NCBI GenBank assembly: GCA_963807635.1
Contig: CAWEDJ010000073.1
Span: forward strand, 1 to 64,000
Source: an uncultured cyanobacterium
GTDB lineage: Bacteria > Cyanobacteriota > Cyanobacteriia > Cyanobacteriales > Microcystaceae
DNA: 64,000 nucleotides
Direction of reading: 5' to 3'
The position numbers were made by a program, and so were the translations under genes. The notes under the pieces were generated by a model. The model was not told the origin of the DNA and made no database searches. It saw only the letters and a list, made by a program, of their open reading frames with translations. Position 1 is the stretch's first letter. Each line of letters starts with the position of its first letter. Below are positions 44,477-56,500 of the stretch, piece after piece.

Positions 44477-44569
44477 ATTTTTAGGTATTTCCTCCGCACG
44501 TTTCCCTAGTTAGTGCTAGTTTATCCTCATTACTTATAAATATATCAATAGAACAAAAAAATTAATCCT

Positions 44570-46090
44570 ATGATTTTACCGTTAGGAAAAGTCTATCTCA
44601 TCGGGGCAGGGATAGGCGCGATCGCCTATTTAACGATTCGAGGACAGCAAATTTTAAGCCAAGCAGAGGTCTTAATTTATGATGCTTTGGTGGATGAATC
44701 CCTATTAAATCTAGTTCCAACGAATTGCTTACTCATTAACGTCGGAAAAAGGGGAGGTTTACCCAGTTGCTCCCAAACTGAAATTAATCAATTATTAGTG
44801 ACTCATGTTTTGCAAGGTAAACGGGTCATCAGACTCAAAAGCGGTGATCCCTTTATTTTTGGGCGTGCTAATCCCGAAATTCAAGCATTAAAAGAAAATA
44901 ATTGTTCCTTTGAGGTGATTCCAGGAATATCTTCGGCGATCGCGGCTCCGTTATTAGCGGGTATTCCTTTGACGGATAAAGATTTGAGCCAATGTTTTGT
45001 CGTCCTCACGGGGCATGATCCCGAAAGCTTGAATTGGCAAGCCCTAGCCCAGATTGATACCTTAGTCATTTTAATGGGAGGAAAAACCCTACCGCGAATT
45101 ATTGCCTTGTTAGTAGAAAATTTGCGATCGCCTGAAACGCCTATTGCCATCATCAAAAATAGCGGCAGACCCGATCAACAGTTTTGGATCGGAACCTTAG
45201 CTGATATCGTAGAAAAAACCGATGGAATTAATCTTTCACCATCCGTTATCGTCATCGGAGCGGTGATTAATTTACGAACTATGGCCACGTCTTCTTACCC
45301 TTTAGCGGGAAAAACGGTTTTAATTACCCGTGCGGCGGAGCAATCCAGTCATTTTACTGAATTACTCACTGAACAGGGTGCTAATGTCCTAGAAATGCCC
45401 GCTTTAGTAATTCAACCGCCCTCTAGTTGGCAAGCCTTGGATGACGCGATCGCCGATTTATCTCGATTTCAATGGTTGATTTTGACTTCAGCGAATGGCG
45501 TAGAATATTTTTTTCAACGTTTACAAAAATCAGGCAAAGATAGCAGAGCTTTAGCAGGATTAAAAATTGCAGTTGTCGGTAAAAAAACGGCAATAACGTT
45601 AAAACAATATGGTATCAATGCGGATTTTATTCCCCCGAATTTTGTGGCTGATTCCCTGATCGAAACTTTTCCTGAAAACTTGCTTGATCAAACCATTCTT
45701 TTTCCCAGGGTAGAAACAGGGGGCAGAGATGTTTTAGTTAAACAATTACAGGAAAAAGGCGCGAATATAACCGAAGTTCCTGCCTATCAATCGGGCTGTC
45801 CTGAGTCTATGGCTCCCGACATTTGGCAAGCTTTAGTCAATCAAAAAATTGATATTATTACCTTTGCGAGTTCCAAAACCGTCCAGAATTTTTATACTCT
45901 CGTTAAACAAGCATTAAATCCCAATTCTCCAGAAGATTTATTAAAATTATTAGAACCGATTTGTTTAGCCTCTATTGGCCCTCAAACAACCCAAACTTGC
46001 CAACAACTTTTCGGTAGAGTCACCCTAGAATCCGAAGAATATACCCTAGAGGGATTAATCGCAGTATTAATAAATTGGTGTTTGAATTAG
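44570..46090 (+). CDS. cobA/hemD: uroporphyrinogen-III C-methyltransferase / uroporphyrinogen-III synthase fusion
   Basis: VYLIGAG, RLKSGDPFIFGR; second domain VLITRA, LTSANGV, FASSKTV. Confidence 0.9.
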   Translation: MILPLGKVYLIGAGIGAIAYLTIRGQQILSQAEVLIYDALVDESLLNLVPTNCLLINVGKRGGLPSCSQTEINQLLVTHVLQGKRVIRLKSGDPFIFGRANPEIQALKENNCSFEVIPGISSAIAAPLLAGIPLTDKDLSQCFVVLTGHDPESLNWQALAQIDTLVILMGGKTLPRIIALLVENLRSPETPIAIIKNSGRPDQQFWIGTLADIVEKTDGINLSPSVIVIGAVINLRTMATSSYPLAGKTVLITRAAEQSSHFTELLTEQGANVLEMPALVIQPPSSWQALDDAIADLSRFQWLILTSANGVEYFFQRLQKSGKDSRALAGLKIAVVGKKTAITLKQYGINADFIPPNFVADSLIETFPENLLDQTILFPRVETGGRDVLVKQLQEKGANITEVPAYQSGCPESMAPDIWQALVNQKIDIITFASSKTVQNFYTLVKQALNPNSPEDLLKLLEPICLASIGPQTTQTCQQLFGRVTLESEEYTLEGLIAVLINWCLN

Positions 46091-46152
46091 ATTTTTTGAA
46101 CTCCAATGGTACAATGCAGATTACCTATAAACGATGCAATTGGTAGGCCAAC

Positions 46153-47268
46153 GTGGTTTTAACAACTCTTTCTTCCCCCCATCCGATTTCAACCGTCGAA
46201 AATAATCTTTTTCCCCTCACACCGCCCCAGGACACACCAGCTTTAAAAATTTGGCTTGCTCAATGGGTTGAACGGATTATTGCGGGAGAACGAATCGATA
46301 AGGAAACCGCGATCGCTCTAAGCCAGATTGAAGGTCAGGAAAATATTTTGGCATTGTGTGAAGCCGCCGATGGAATTCGCCATGCCTGTTGTGGCAATGT
46401 GGTTGATCTCTGTAGCATTATCAACGTTAAATCGGGAAATTGCTCGGAAAATTGCGGTTACTGTTCCCAATCCTCCCACCACCAAAGCCCCGATGCTCCC
46501 GTTTATGGACTAAAAACCTCAGAAGAAATTCTTGCCCAGGCCAAAGCCGCAGCAGCAGCAGGAGCTAAACGCTTTTGTTTAGTGAGTCAGGGACGCGGCC
46601 CCAAGTATAATAGCCCCAAATCCCAGGAATTTGAAGAAATTTTAGCCACTGTCCGCCAAATCATTACCGAAACCCAGATCAAACCCTGTTGCGCCTTGGG
46701 AGAAGTTACCCTAGAACAGGCAGAAGAACTGAAAAAAGCGGGTGTCACTCGCTATAACCATAATTTAGAAGCATCAGAAAGTTTTTACCCTGAAGTTGTT
46801 ACCACTCACACCTGGCAAGACCGCGTAAATACCATTAAAAATCTCAAATCCGTCGGTATTCAAGCTTGCACGGGGGGGATTTTAGGCATGGGAGAAAGTT
46901 GGGAAGACCGCATTGATTTGGCCCTATCCTTAAGAGAATTAGAAGTCGAGTCCGTTCCCCTAAATTTACTCAATGCCCGCGAAGGAACCCCCTTAGAAGA
47001 CCGCCACAAACTTGATCCCTACGAGGCATTACAGGCGATCGCGATTTTCCGTTTTATTCTGCCGCAACAGATTATTCGTTATGCAGGGGGACGGGAAGCC
47101 GTCATGGGAAGCCTACAAAATCTGGGCTTAAAAGCGGGAATTAATGCTATGCTGGTGGGTCATTATCTGACCACCCTGGGGCAGCCGCCAGAACAGGATC
47201 AAGCCATGTTGCAATCTTTAGGATTAGAGGGGGGTGAAGCTCCAATTCCCGGTGAATATCCATCCTAA
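46153..47268 (+). CDS. bioB: biotin synthase
   Basis: CSENCGYCSQ radical-SAM motif, YNHNLE. Confidence 0.95.
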   Translation: MVLTTLSSPHPISTVENNLFPLTPPQDTPALKIWLAQWVERIIAGERIDKETAIALSQIEGQENILALCEAADGIRHACCGNVVDLCSIINVKSGNCSENCGYCSQSSHHQSPDAPVYGLKTSEEILAQAKAAAAAGAKRFCLVSQGRGPKYNSPKSQEFEEILATVRQIITETQIKPCCALGEVTLEQAEELKKAGVTRYNHNLEASESFYPEVVTTHTWQDRVNTIKNLKSVGIQACTGGILGMGESWEDRIDLALSLRELEVESVPLNLLNAREGTPLEDRHKLDPYEALQAIAIFRFILPQQIIRYAGGREAVMGSLQNLGLKAGINAMLVGHYLTTLGQPPEQDQAMLQSLGLEGGEAPIPGEYPS

Positions 47269-47910
47269 TTCCGACCAATCCGAGCAAACAAACGAATTGC
47301 CGACTGAAACCGTCAAACTCTCTTTGTTAACTGAGGTTTTGTTGTCAGTAATTGGTTTATTGCTGACTATTTTTAGTACATTTGCCGAAGCGTTCATTAC
47401 AAATCCGCCCTGGGAATGGATGTCGAAAGGGGTTTATTCCCACTCCCTTGGTATCACCTATCAGATTGGTGCGGTTCTTTTGACAGGCTGTTTGGGGGGA
47501 AAAATGTGGGGATTATCTCCCAGGTCAGCTATATTTTGCTCGGTTTAGCTTGGTTGCCGATTTTTGCTCATGGTGGCGGTTGGGATTATTGGAAAGAACC
47601 GAGTTTTGGCTACGTTTTAGGCTTTATTCCAGGAGCTTGGGTTTGTGGGATGATGGCTTTTCGTTCCAGAGCAAAAATTGAAAGCCTTGCCCTGAGTGCT
47701 TTGTTGGGTTTGGGAGTCATCCATCTTTCGGGAATTCTCTACCTGTTTATGTTAACAGGGCTTAAACTCAGCAATCCTCCTCTTTTAACCTGGGCGAATC
47801 TGTCCCAAGCTGTCCTCAACTATTCTATTTTGGCGTTACCTGGTCAAGGGATTTTGGTTTGCATGGTTGCTGTATTGGCATTTTTTATTCGTAAGGCTCT
47901 TTTTTATTGA
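47252..47910 (+). CDS. bioY: biotin transporter BioY, frameshift at ~47500
   Basis: YQIGAVLLTGCLGG then SQVSYILLGL.WLPIFAHGGG..Y..PSFGYVLGF; follows bioB. Confidence 0.85.
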
Positions 47911-48029
47911 TTCTAATTTTTTTTAACAGTAACGTAAATCCTGGTTTTTTCTGTCAGTATAAAAACAGCTAAATCAACTCTAAATTCTCCATACCTTAAT
48001 AAGTCAGCGATCGCTGATTTAATTCTTGA

Positions 48030-48131
48030 TAAACTGTTCATTATCTAAAATACATACAGATAAGGGGCTTAAGCCCCTTGTTACAAGACTTGCAATAAAA
48101 TCGTTATGCAATCTAAATTTGTGACAGATTA
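48030..48131. repeat. MITE-like family A copy
   Basis: TAAACTGTT...ACAGATTA with AAGGGGCTTAAGCCCCTTG core; inverted relative to 49239-49340. Confidence 0.7.
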
Positions 48132-48438
48132 GGAACGCCAAAATACAGTTTCTGTTCAGTATTAATGATTGCAAAACTTAACTTAAAAAAAGACCTTGAA
48201 AAGAGATTAGAGTCTAGCGATCAGCAAGTTCTTTTTTAGAGCGATAGAACAGCAATACATCAAAAAATAGCCAATAAAATCTATCTTTAGGGTTAAGTAT
48301 GACAAGTTCCTGTATGATTTATAAGTTAGCTGAAATTTGTTGAAAAAAATAGTACCTGGGAATCCTATTGATTATCGTAAAAGTTAATCATTTTCGCAAT
48401 TAATACTTTCGTGTTATCGTTTAATCTATGGAAAATTT

Positions 48439-49257
48439 ATGTGGCTGAGAAATTCACTCTATTCAATTGCGTATCTAAACTTACTCGTTTCCCATCTGGG
48501 TGCAATCTACTGTTTGGTCGTTAGTATATCTTTTAACGCTGCACTTTATTTATTAGTGACTTACATAGTAAGAATGCTTGCAACGACGGTTTTTTTTCAT
48601 CGATTCATTTCTCATAAAAGCTTTTGTCCCGCCAATAGGTGGGTTACCTATATAGGGTGTTTCATCGCTTGCTCTGCTGGTCAGATGGGGCCGAGTTGGT
48701 GGAAAGTGCATCATCTTAATCACCACAAATATACAGATACTAATGAAGATCCCCATAGTCCTATCGCTCCTCATAAAGGAATCATCGGTTTGTTGTATGC
48801 TGAATTTGCCTGGGTATTGGTTCCCAAGTATGCTTATCCCGATGAATTACCCATAGATATTGAAAATGATCCTATTTTAAAGCTAATGGATAGGCTTCAT
48901 TTTATTCCGTCCTTAAGTCTTGCGTATCTGTCTCTATTAATGGGGGGAATGGACTTTTTTTTGGCTCTGTGTTTAAGTACAACTTTGCTATTTCATTCTA
49001 ATGGTTTTCTGAACTCCATCGGTCATCTGTATGGAAAACAAGATTTCATGACTAAAAATAGTAGCCGAAATAATTCTTTTGTTGCCGTTCTGACTCTAGG
49101 AGATGGATGGCACAATAGTCATCATGCTTTTCCAAAATCTGCGAGACACGGATATCAAGTTCGTCATGGTCGCATTGCGAAAGTGCCTGATCCAACATTT
49201 TGGTTAATTCAGTTAATGGGAAAATTGAAATTGTGTCATAAGCTGTTGTCCATTTAG
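48439..49257 (+). CDS. membrane fatty-acid desaturase (delta-9/acyl-CoA desaturase-like); C-terminus replaced by a MITE
   Basis: His boxes HRFISH, HLNHH, HNSHH; DPHSP and SARHG motifs. Confidence 0.85.
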   Translation: MWLRNSLYSIAYLNLLVSHLGAIYCLVVSISFNAALYLLVTYIVRMLATTVFFHRFISHKSFCPANRWVTYIGCFIACSAGQMGPSWWKVHHLNHHKYTDTNEDPHSPIAPHKGIIGLLYAEFAWVLVPKYAYPDELPIDIENDPILKLMDRLHFIPSLSLAYLSLLMGGMDFFLALCLSTTLLFHSNGFLNSIGHLYGKQDFMTKNSSRNNSFVAVLTLGDGWHNSHHAFPKSARHGYQVRHGRIAKVPDPTFWLIQLMGKLKLCHKLLSI

Positions 49258-49338
49258 ATTGCGTAGCGATTTTTCTGAAAGCTCTGTAACAAGGGGCTTA
49301 AGCCCCTTGCCTTTATGCAATTTAGATGATTAACAGCT
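49241..49338. mobile_element. 98-bp MITE (family A) with AGCTGTT/AACAGCT ends and TA duplication
   Basis: TA at 49239-40 and 49339-40; removing it restores the desaturase reading frame. Confidence 0.8.
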
Positions 49339-49619
49339 TAGTATCATTGAGTATAGTGATGATTTTTTAGAAACCAAAATCAAACAAAAATAATCACAGG
49401 TATTTTTAATGATCAATATTTCTCGATTATCCCTCAATAATCCTTCTCTACTCTATGGTGATCAAAGCATGAATACATTCGATGATCCTAATACTGAAAT
49501 AGGGGTTCCTAAAAAGGTTTATTGGGGATATTGAGATAATCCAGAGCTTATACAAATAACCCCAGAGGATTTTGTTAATGTATCTACTTGATTATTTTTA
49601 AGTAATTCTTATACCCGAT

Positions 49620-50111
49620 TTGATAATGAAAAAAAATGCTATTTTTTGGATAGCGGCGATCGCGGGCATCCTGTTAGACCAACTGAGTAAATCTTTAATT
49701 GCCTATCTCCTCCATCCTCCCGTAACAACCTTACCGATTCTACCCAATATTTTTCATTTAACCTATGTGGTCAATACAGGGGCCGCTTTTAGTCTTTTTC
49801 GAGGGGGAGCGGGTTGGCTAAAATGGCTATCGTTGGGAGTGAGTTTGGGGTTAATTTTTCTGGCTTGGCGATCGCCGCGAATGCCAAAACTTGAGCAGTG
49901 TGGCTATGGATTCATTTTGGCGGGGGCAGTCGGCAACGGCATTGATCGTTTTTGGTTGGGTCATGTTATTGATTTTTTGGATGTTCGTCTCATTAATTTT
50001 CCGATTTTTAATTTAGCAGATGTCTTTATTAATATCGGAATTTTTTGTTTGGTGTTAGCTAACTTTTCTCCCAATAGTGTCTCCAAAAAAAGAAATTCCT
50101 CCCCAAAATAA
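49620..50111 (+). CDS. lspA: lipoprotein signal peptidase
   Basis: DQLSK, NTGAAFS, GNGIDR, VIDFL, FNLAD. Confidence 0.95.
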   Translation: MIMKKNAIFWIAAIAGILLDQLSKSLIAYLLHPPVTTLPILPNIFHLTYVVNTGAAFSLFRGGAGWLKWLSLGVSLGLIFLAWRSPRMPKLEQCGYGFILAGAVGNGIDRFWLGHVIDFLDVRLINFPIFNLADVFINIGIFCLVLANFSPNSVSKKRNSSPK

Positions 50112-50130
50112 ATATTGTCCGAGTTTTCTT

Positions 50131-52135
50131 TTAATAAAAATTACAAGTTTTCTTTTCTTGGCCATTGATCGAGATGGGAAAGTGCATGGGATGGGATAGC
50201 TTTCCGCTTAATAGCCATTCTTGCAAATCCTCTGTTTTTTGAACTTGTTTTAATTGGGATTTTAACCAATCTCCTTCTAAACTTTCTTGATCTAATAAAA
50301 CTTTTGCGATCGCCTTTAACAAATCTTTATTTTTATCGAGGGTTAACAGAGCAATTTGGTGTGCTCCCTCAACAAGTTCTCGAATTTCCTGGTCAATCTC
50401 TTCGGCAACTTTTGGGCTGACAGAACGACGGGGACTGGCGATCGGGTCTAGAAATTGGGATTGAGTTTTTTCAAAGGCGATGGGGCTAAACGGTCACTCA
50501 TGCCGTACAAAGTTACAAACCGTTCGGCTAATTCCGTCACTTTTTGGATATCATCCCCCGCCCCCGTCGAAACTTTACCAAACATCAATTCTTCTGCTGC
50601 CCTTCCGCCCAATAGAGTGACAATTCGCCCCCGAATTTCATCTTCTAACATCAAAAACCGATCTTCTTCGGGTAATTGCAACGTATAGCCCAAGGCTCCC
50701 AAACCCCTCGGTACAATGGAAATTTTTTCCACAATACCCGCCCAGGCATCAAGGCTCCAATGATAGCGTGGCCAACTTCATGGTAAGCAACGGTTTTTTT
50801 CTCGACTTCATTTAAAACCCGTGATTTTCGCTCTCGGCCCGTGAGTAAACGTTCGATCGCCTCATTCAGGTCTTCCATTGACACCAGTAGATGATTTTTT
50901 CTAGCCGCTAACAGGGCCGCTTCATTAATGAGGTTAGCGAGATCGGCACCCGCAAAACCAGGGGTTCGGGCGGCGAGTTTATCTAAATCTACGTTATTTG
51001 CCAGTTTGACATCCTTGGCATGGACTCGCAAAATGGCTTCCCGTCCGCTCTTGTCGGGCCGATCCACTAAAACCTGACGGTCAAATCGACCAGGACGCAA
51101 TAGAGCAGGATCTAGCACTTCGGGGCGATTAGTTGCAGCCAGGAGAATTACCCCCGCATTCGGTTCAAAACCGTCCATTTCCGCTAAAAGTTGATTGAGG
51201 GTTTGTTCCCGTTCGTCGTTGCCGCCCATCATCGGGTTTGCCCCGACTCGCGATCGCCCCAGGGCATCCAGTTCATCAATAAAAACAATACAGGGAGCCT
51301 GAAGTTTTGCCTGCTCAAACAAATCCCTCACCCGCGAAGCTCCAATACCGACAAATAATTCAATAAATTCTGACCCAGAAATCGAGAAAAACGGAACCCC
51401 TGCTTCACCCGCGATCGCTTTCGCCAGGAGTGTTTTACCCGTTCCTGGTGGGCCGATTAATAAAACCCCTTTAGGAATTTTCGCGCCTAAATTAACGTAT
51501 TTGAAGGCATTTTTCAAAAATTCAACGATTTCTTGTAATTCAGCCTTGGCCTCATCTACCCCAGCTACATCATCAAAGGTGACTCCTGTACTGCCATTGG
51601 CATAAATACGAGCCTTACTTTTTCCCACATTAAAGGGAGCGGGATTATTCATTTGGCTACGACCGAGAAACCAGATCCAAATTGCCATGAAAATCAGGGG
51701 AGGAATGACCCAACCCAGGAGCGTCGAGAACCAACCACCCGCATCGTCGGGAAAGGCTGAAAATTTTATGTGTTTTGCTCGTAACAACTGGGATAACTCT
51801 TTATCCTGGGCGATCGCAAGAGTCCGCAAAATTTTGGGTTTTTCTGGCTGATCTGATGGGGGTTTATTAGTAGAAAAACTGGGTTTCAGGGCATATTCAA
51901 TTATTTTTGTGCCAATTTGTACTTCGGATACCTGATTAGCGTCGATTTGGTCTAAAAATTGACTATAGGGAACGAAAGGAGACTCTGCTCCCCGAAACAC
52001 AAACAAATTTAAAAATAAGAGCCACAGTAATAAAATCAGAAGATTGCGACCCACTCCGCCACGATTCGATTCATCGGGGACTTGTTTAGGCGATTGATAA
52101 TTAAGATTGTCATTCATAGGGATGGGGGCCAACAA
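50131..52135 (-). CDS. ftsH: ATP-dependent zinc metalloprotease FtsH, two frameshifts (~50742, ~50486)
   Basis: [27 protein letters not shown]; the fragments join as ...[10 protein letters not shown]...LGPIAFEK. Confidence 0.9.
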
Positions 52136-52163
52136 AGGCTGAATGAAAAATCGGCGGTCATGA

Positions 52164-52835
52164 CTAACGGATCGGAGAGAGACTCTTCAATTGCTTGGCG
52201 GATTCTGCTAGACAGTCCCGTACTTCCTGGTCACTGGTTTGGGCAAAATTGAGATACCAACGACCGATCGCGTCTAAGGATTCGGGTTGGAGTAAACAAA
52301 CCACTTGGTCAACTTCTGCTTGAATTTTTGTACAGATATCAGGGGACGCAAGGGGAACAGCAACAATAATTTCTTTAGGTTGATGGGGTTTGAGGGAAGC
52401 GATCGCGGCTTGCATAGTTGCTCCTGTCGCAATGCCATCATCGACCAGGATAACCGTCTGTCCTGTCAAGCTCGGCCAGGGTTTGCCTTGTCGATAAAGT
52501 TGATCTCGTCTTTGCAGTTCCTCAGTTTCTTCTTTGACCACTCGTTCAATGGTTTCTGGTGAAATATGGGACAATCTCACCACGTCCGAATTCATTACCC
52601 TTTCCCCTGAAGCCGCGATCGCGCCCATCGCCAATTCCTTGTGATAGGGAACACCGAGTTTGCGGACAATCCAAACATCTAGGGGAAGATGGAGACGGGT
52701 CGAAATTTCAAAGCCCACAGGAACGCCTCCCCTCGGTAGGGCCAAAACAATCGCTTCTGCACAATCCTGATAGGCATTGAGTTTAGAGGCTAGGCGTTTT
52801 CCTGCTTCTCGGCGATCGGCAAATTGTCTATCCAT
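52164..52835 (-). CDS. phosphoribosyltransferase-domain protein
   Basis: [23 protein letters not shown]. Confidence 0.85.
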   Translation of the reverse strand: MDRQFADRREAGKRLASKLNAYQDCAEAIVLALPRGGVPVGFEISTRLHLPLDVWIVRKLGVPYHKELAMGAIAASGERVMNSDVVRLSHISPETIERVVKEETEELQRRDQLYRQGKPWPSLTGQTVILVDDGIATGATMQAAIASLKPHQPKEIIVAVPLASPDICTKIQAEVDQVVCLLQPESLDAIGRWYLNFAQTSDQEVRDCLAESAKQLKSLSPIR

Positions 52836-53170
52836 TCGGTTAATCCTCCTTTTCTTTCGCCCTACTTTAAAATCAATAATTTTTTCAAGGATTCGAGAAC
52901 TAAGTCATCCAATTAGCGATCAAACCAGACAAAATACCTTTAAATTTCTTTTTTTTAATGATTTTCCTAAAATACAATAATAAATTGATTTTTTTAGATT
53001 GACTTTAAGCTGTTAAAGTTCACAAAAATGATCAAAAATGTTAAGCGAGTATTTTTTCTCAAGTCTTGTTCTACATCCTTATTTCTAGGATAACAATTAT
53101 TTTTGTAAACAAATGTTACAAAATGAATGGGGTTAATTAATCTCAGATTTTATTATTATGTCAAATCTGC

Positions 53171-53480
53171 TGTAGGGACATAATAATATTATGTCCTCAA
53201 GATTATGTCTTCAAGGCAAATTTTGTCAACAAAAGAACCCGAATAAACTGATTATAAAATTCAAGAAATAATCCTAATTTTTAACAGTTATTTTTCTAAA
53301 TTAACTATATTTTTTCAAGAAATTTTTCTCTTCTTTCCGATACAAGGACATAATATATTATGTCCCTACAGAGATTTTGTATATTGGTTGTTTGTAATGT
53401 GTTATCCTCAAAATTTTAGAAAATTATTATAATAGAAAATAAAGTCCTATAAGGTATAGGCAAGGGGCTTAAGCCCCTTG
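53171..53480. repeat. cluster of REP-like palindromes (two family B cores in opposite orientation, one family A core)
   Basis: TGTAGGGACATAATAATATTATGTCC at 53171-53196; GGACATAATATATTATGTCCCTACA at 53346-53370; CAAGGGGCTTAAGCCCCTTG at 53461-53480. Confidence 0.7.
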
Positions 53481-53543
53481 TTAATCAAGCTTTGACCATA
53501 CCTTAGTTGTATGAATACCGCTATAAAATCATAAATACCAGTT

Positions 53544-56500
53544 ATGCAACGCATTGTTATTATTACGGGTTTTGAATCCTTTAACTCCAATCTTTACCGT
53601 GAAGCGGCCCAATTAGCCCGTTCCCGTTGTCCAGACTTAGAAATTCTTGCCTTTAGCGATCGCAGTCTCACCACCGAACCCGAAGCGGTTGCCCAGGCGT
53701 TAGAAACAGCCCAGGTCTTTTTTGCCAGCTTGATTTTTGACTATGAACAGGTGATTTGGCTACGGGAAAGGGTGAAAAATATTCCTATCCGCCTAATCTT
53801 TGAGTCAGCATTGGAACTCATGAGCCTCACCCAATTAGGGAAATTTGCGATCGGCGATCAGCCCAAGGGAATGCCCAAACCGATTCAATTTATTCTGAGT
53901 AAATTTTCCAGTGGCAAGGAAGAAGATAAACTAGCAGGTTATTTAAGTTTCTTGAAAACAGGGCCAAAACTACTTAAATTTATTCCCGCTAAAAAAGTTC
54001 AAGATCTCCGTAATTGGTTAATTATTTACGGTTATTGGAATGCGGGGGGATTAGAAAATGTCGCGGCTATGTATTGGGCGATCGCGGATAAATATTTAGG
54101 ATTAAAGGTGGGAGAAATTCCTGAGCCGATTGAAACGCCGAATATGGGGTTATTGCATCCCGATTATTCAGGTTATTTTACGTCTCCTCAAACCTATTTA
54201 ATTTGGTATTTAGAACAATTTAAAATCCAAGATTCAAGCACTAAATCTGGGGTAGTAGCTATCCTAATTTATCGTAAGCACGTTATTACAAAACTTAAAT
54301 ATATTGCCAAATTAATTCGTTATTTTGAAGCTGAAAATTTAATTCCTATCCCCATTTTTATTAACGGGGTAGAAGGTCATGTCGTCGTTCGAGATTGGCT
54401 GACAACCCGTTATGAAACCCAACAACGACAGCAGGGAAAGATTGAAACCCCTTCCCTCAATAAAGATGCCATAGAAGTGGATGCGATCGTTTCTACTATC
54501 GGTTTTCCCCTCGTCGGTGGCCCTGCTGGATCGATGGAAGCGGGGCGACAGGTTGAAGTGGCTAAACGCATTTTAACCGCGAAAAATATTCCCTATTTTA
54601 TTGCCGCACCTTTACTCATTCAAGACATTCATTCCTGGACGAGACAGGGCATTGGCGGTTTACAAAGTGTGGTTCTCTATGCCTTACCTGAACTCGATGG
54701 TGCGATCGATACGGTTGCTTTGGGGGGATTAGTGGGGGAAGAAATCTATCTCATTCCTGAACGGGTGAAACGATTAACAGGAAGATTAAAAAATTGGATT
54801 CAATTACGCAAAAAAAATCCCCAAGATCGTAAAATTGCTATTATTTTATACGGGTTTCCGCCAGGCTATGGAGCCACAGGAACTGCCGCCTTATTAAATG
54901 TGCCTCGCAGTTTATTAAAGGTGTTACAAGCATTAAAACAACAGGGTTATTTTATCGGAGAATTACCCGAAAAGGGAGAGATTTTAATTGAACAAATTAA
55001 ACAAATTGATGAAAGTGTTAGTCGGTCAGAAATTGAAGAAAAAAGTGTCACGGTTCGTACCCTAGAGAAATGGTTAGGCTATTTGCTCACTAGTCGCATT
55101 GAAAAACATTGGAAATCCCTAACCAGTGCGGGGATTAAAACCTATGAAGATAAATTATATTTAGGCGGTTTGCAATTAGGAAATATTTGGATCGGGGTAC
55201 AACCCCCTTTAGGAGTATCAGGTGATCCGATGCGTTTGATGTTTGAAAAAGATTTAACGCCCCATCCCCAATATGCCGCTTTTTATCAATGGTTAACGAA
55301 AGAATTTCAAGCAGATGCGATCGTTCATTTTGGGATGCACGGAACGGTTGAGTGGTTGCCTGGCTCTCCCTTGGGTAATACGGGCTATTCCTGGCCTGAT
55401 ATCTTATTAGGAAATTTACCTAATCTCTATCTTTATGCGGCCAATAATCCTTCGGAATCAATGTTAGCTAAACGTCGGGGTTATGGTGTTTTAATTTCCC
55501 ATAATGTGCCTCCCTACGGGCGAGCAGGTTTATATAAAGAATTGATGATGTTGCAAGATTTAATTACGGAATTTCGAGAAGATTCAGAGAAAAATCAATC
55601 GCTTTTACCGATCATTTGTCAAAAAATTGTCGATACGGGTCTAGAAGCCGATTGTCAATTTACCGAGGGTAAAAAGTTAGGGATTGAATTTACGGTAGAG
55701 AATGCCCGTTTATTTAGTAAATACGCTCTCTATGATTATTTTTTACAGGTTTATGAGTATTTACAAATTCTTGCCCAACGCCTTTTTTCTTCAGGATTAC
55801 ATATTTTAGGACAGCCTCCTAATTCAGAACAATTCAAAACCTATTTAGATGCCTATTTTGGCGATCAATTAAGCGAGTGGGAACAAAATGCGATCGCCCA
55901 AGAAAATCAAACCGATGAGTATCTTTTATCGCTTGCCAATGGACGGAAAGCAATTGTCAAGGAAGCCTTACAAATTCGGGATTTATTAAAACAAAATACG
56001 GATGAATTAACAAATTTATTGCGGGGTTTAAATGGGGAATATATTTTACCTGCACCAGGAGGCGATTTATTACGGGATGGAACAGGGGTTTTACCCACAG
56101 GACGGAATATTCATGCTCTCGATCCCTATCGAATGCCATCCCCAGGCGCCTATGAACGGGGTCGGGAAATTGCCCAAAAAATCATTGCTCAACATTTAGA
56201 AGAAACGGGAAATTATCCTGAAACGATCGCCGTGATGTTGTGGGGTCTAGATATTATTAAAACTAAGGGAGAATCTTTGGGAATTTTATTAGAATTAGTC
56301 GGGGCAGAACCCATCAAAGAAGGCACGGGAAGAATTGTCCGTTATGAACTCAAACCCTTAGAAAACGTCGGCCATCCGCGTATTGATGTTTTAGCCAATT
56401 TATCAGGAATTTTTCGCGATACCTTTGTTAATATTATTGAGTTATTAGATGATTTATTCCAACGTTGCGCGATCGCCGAAGAACCCGAAGATCAGAATTT

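Noticed and set aside
53104..53120. Possible NtcA box TGTAAACAAATGTTACA
   Set aside because: Spacing is GTA-N9-TAC rather than N8; insufficient support.
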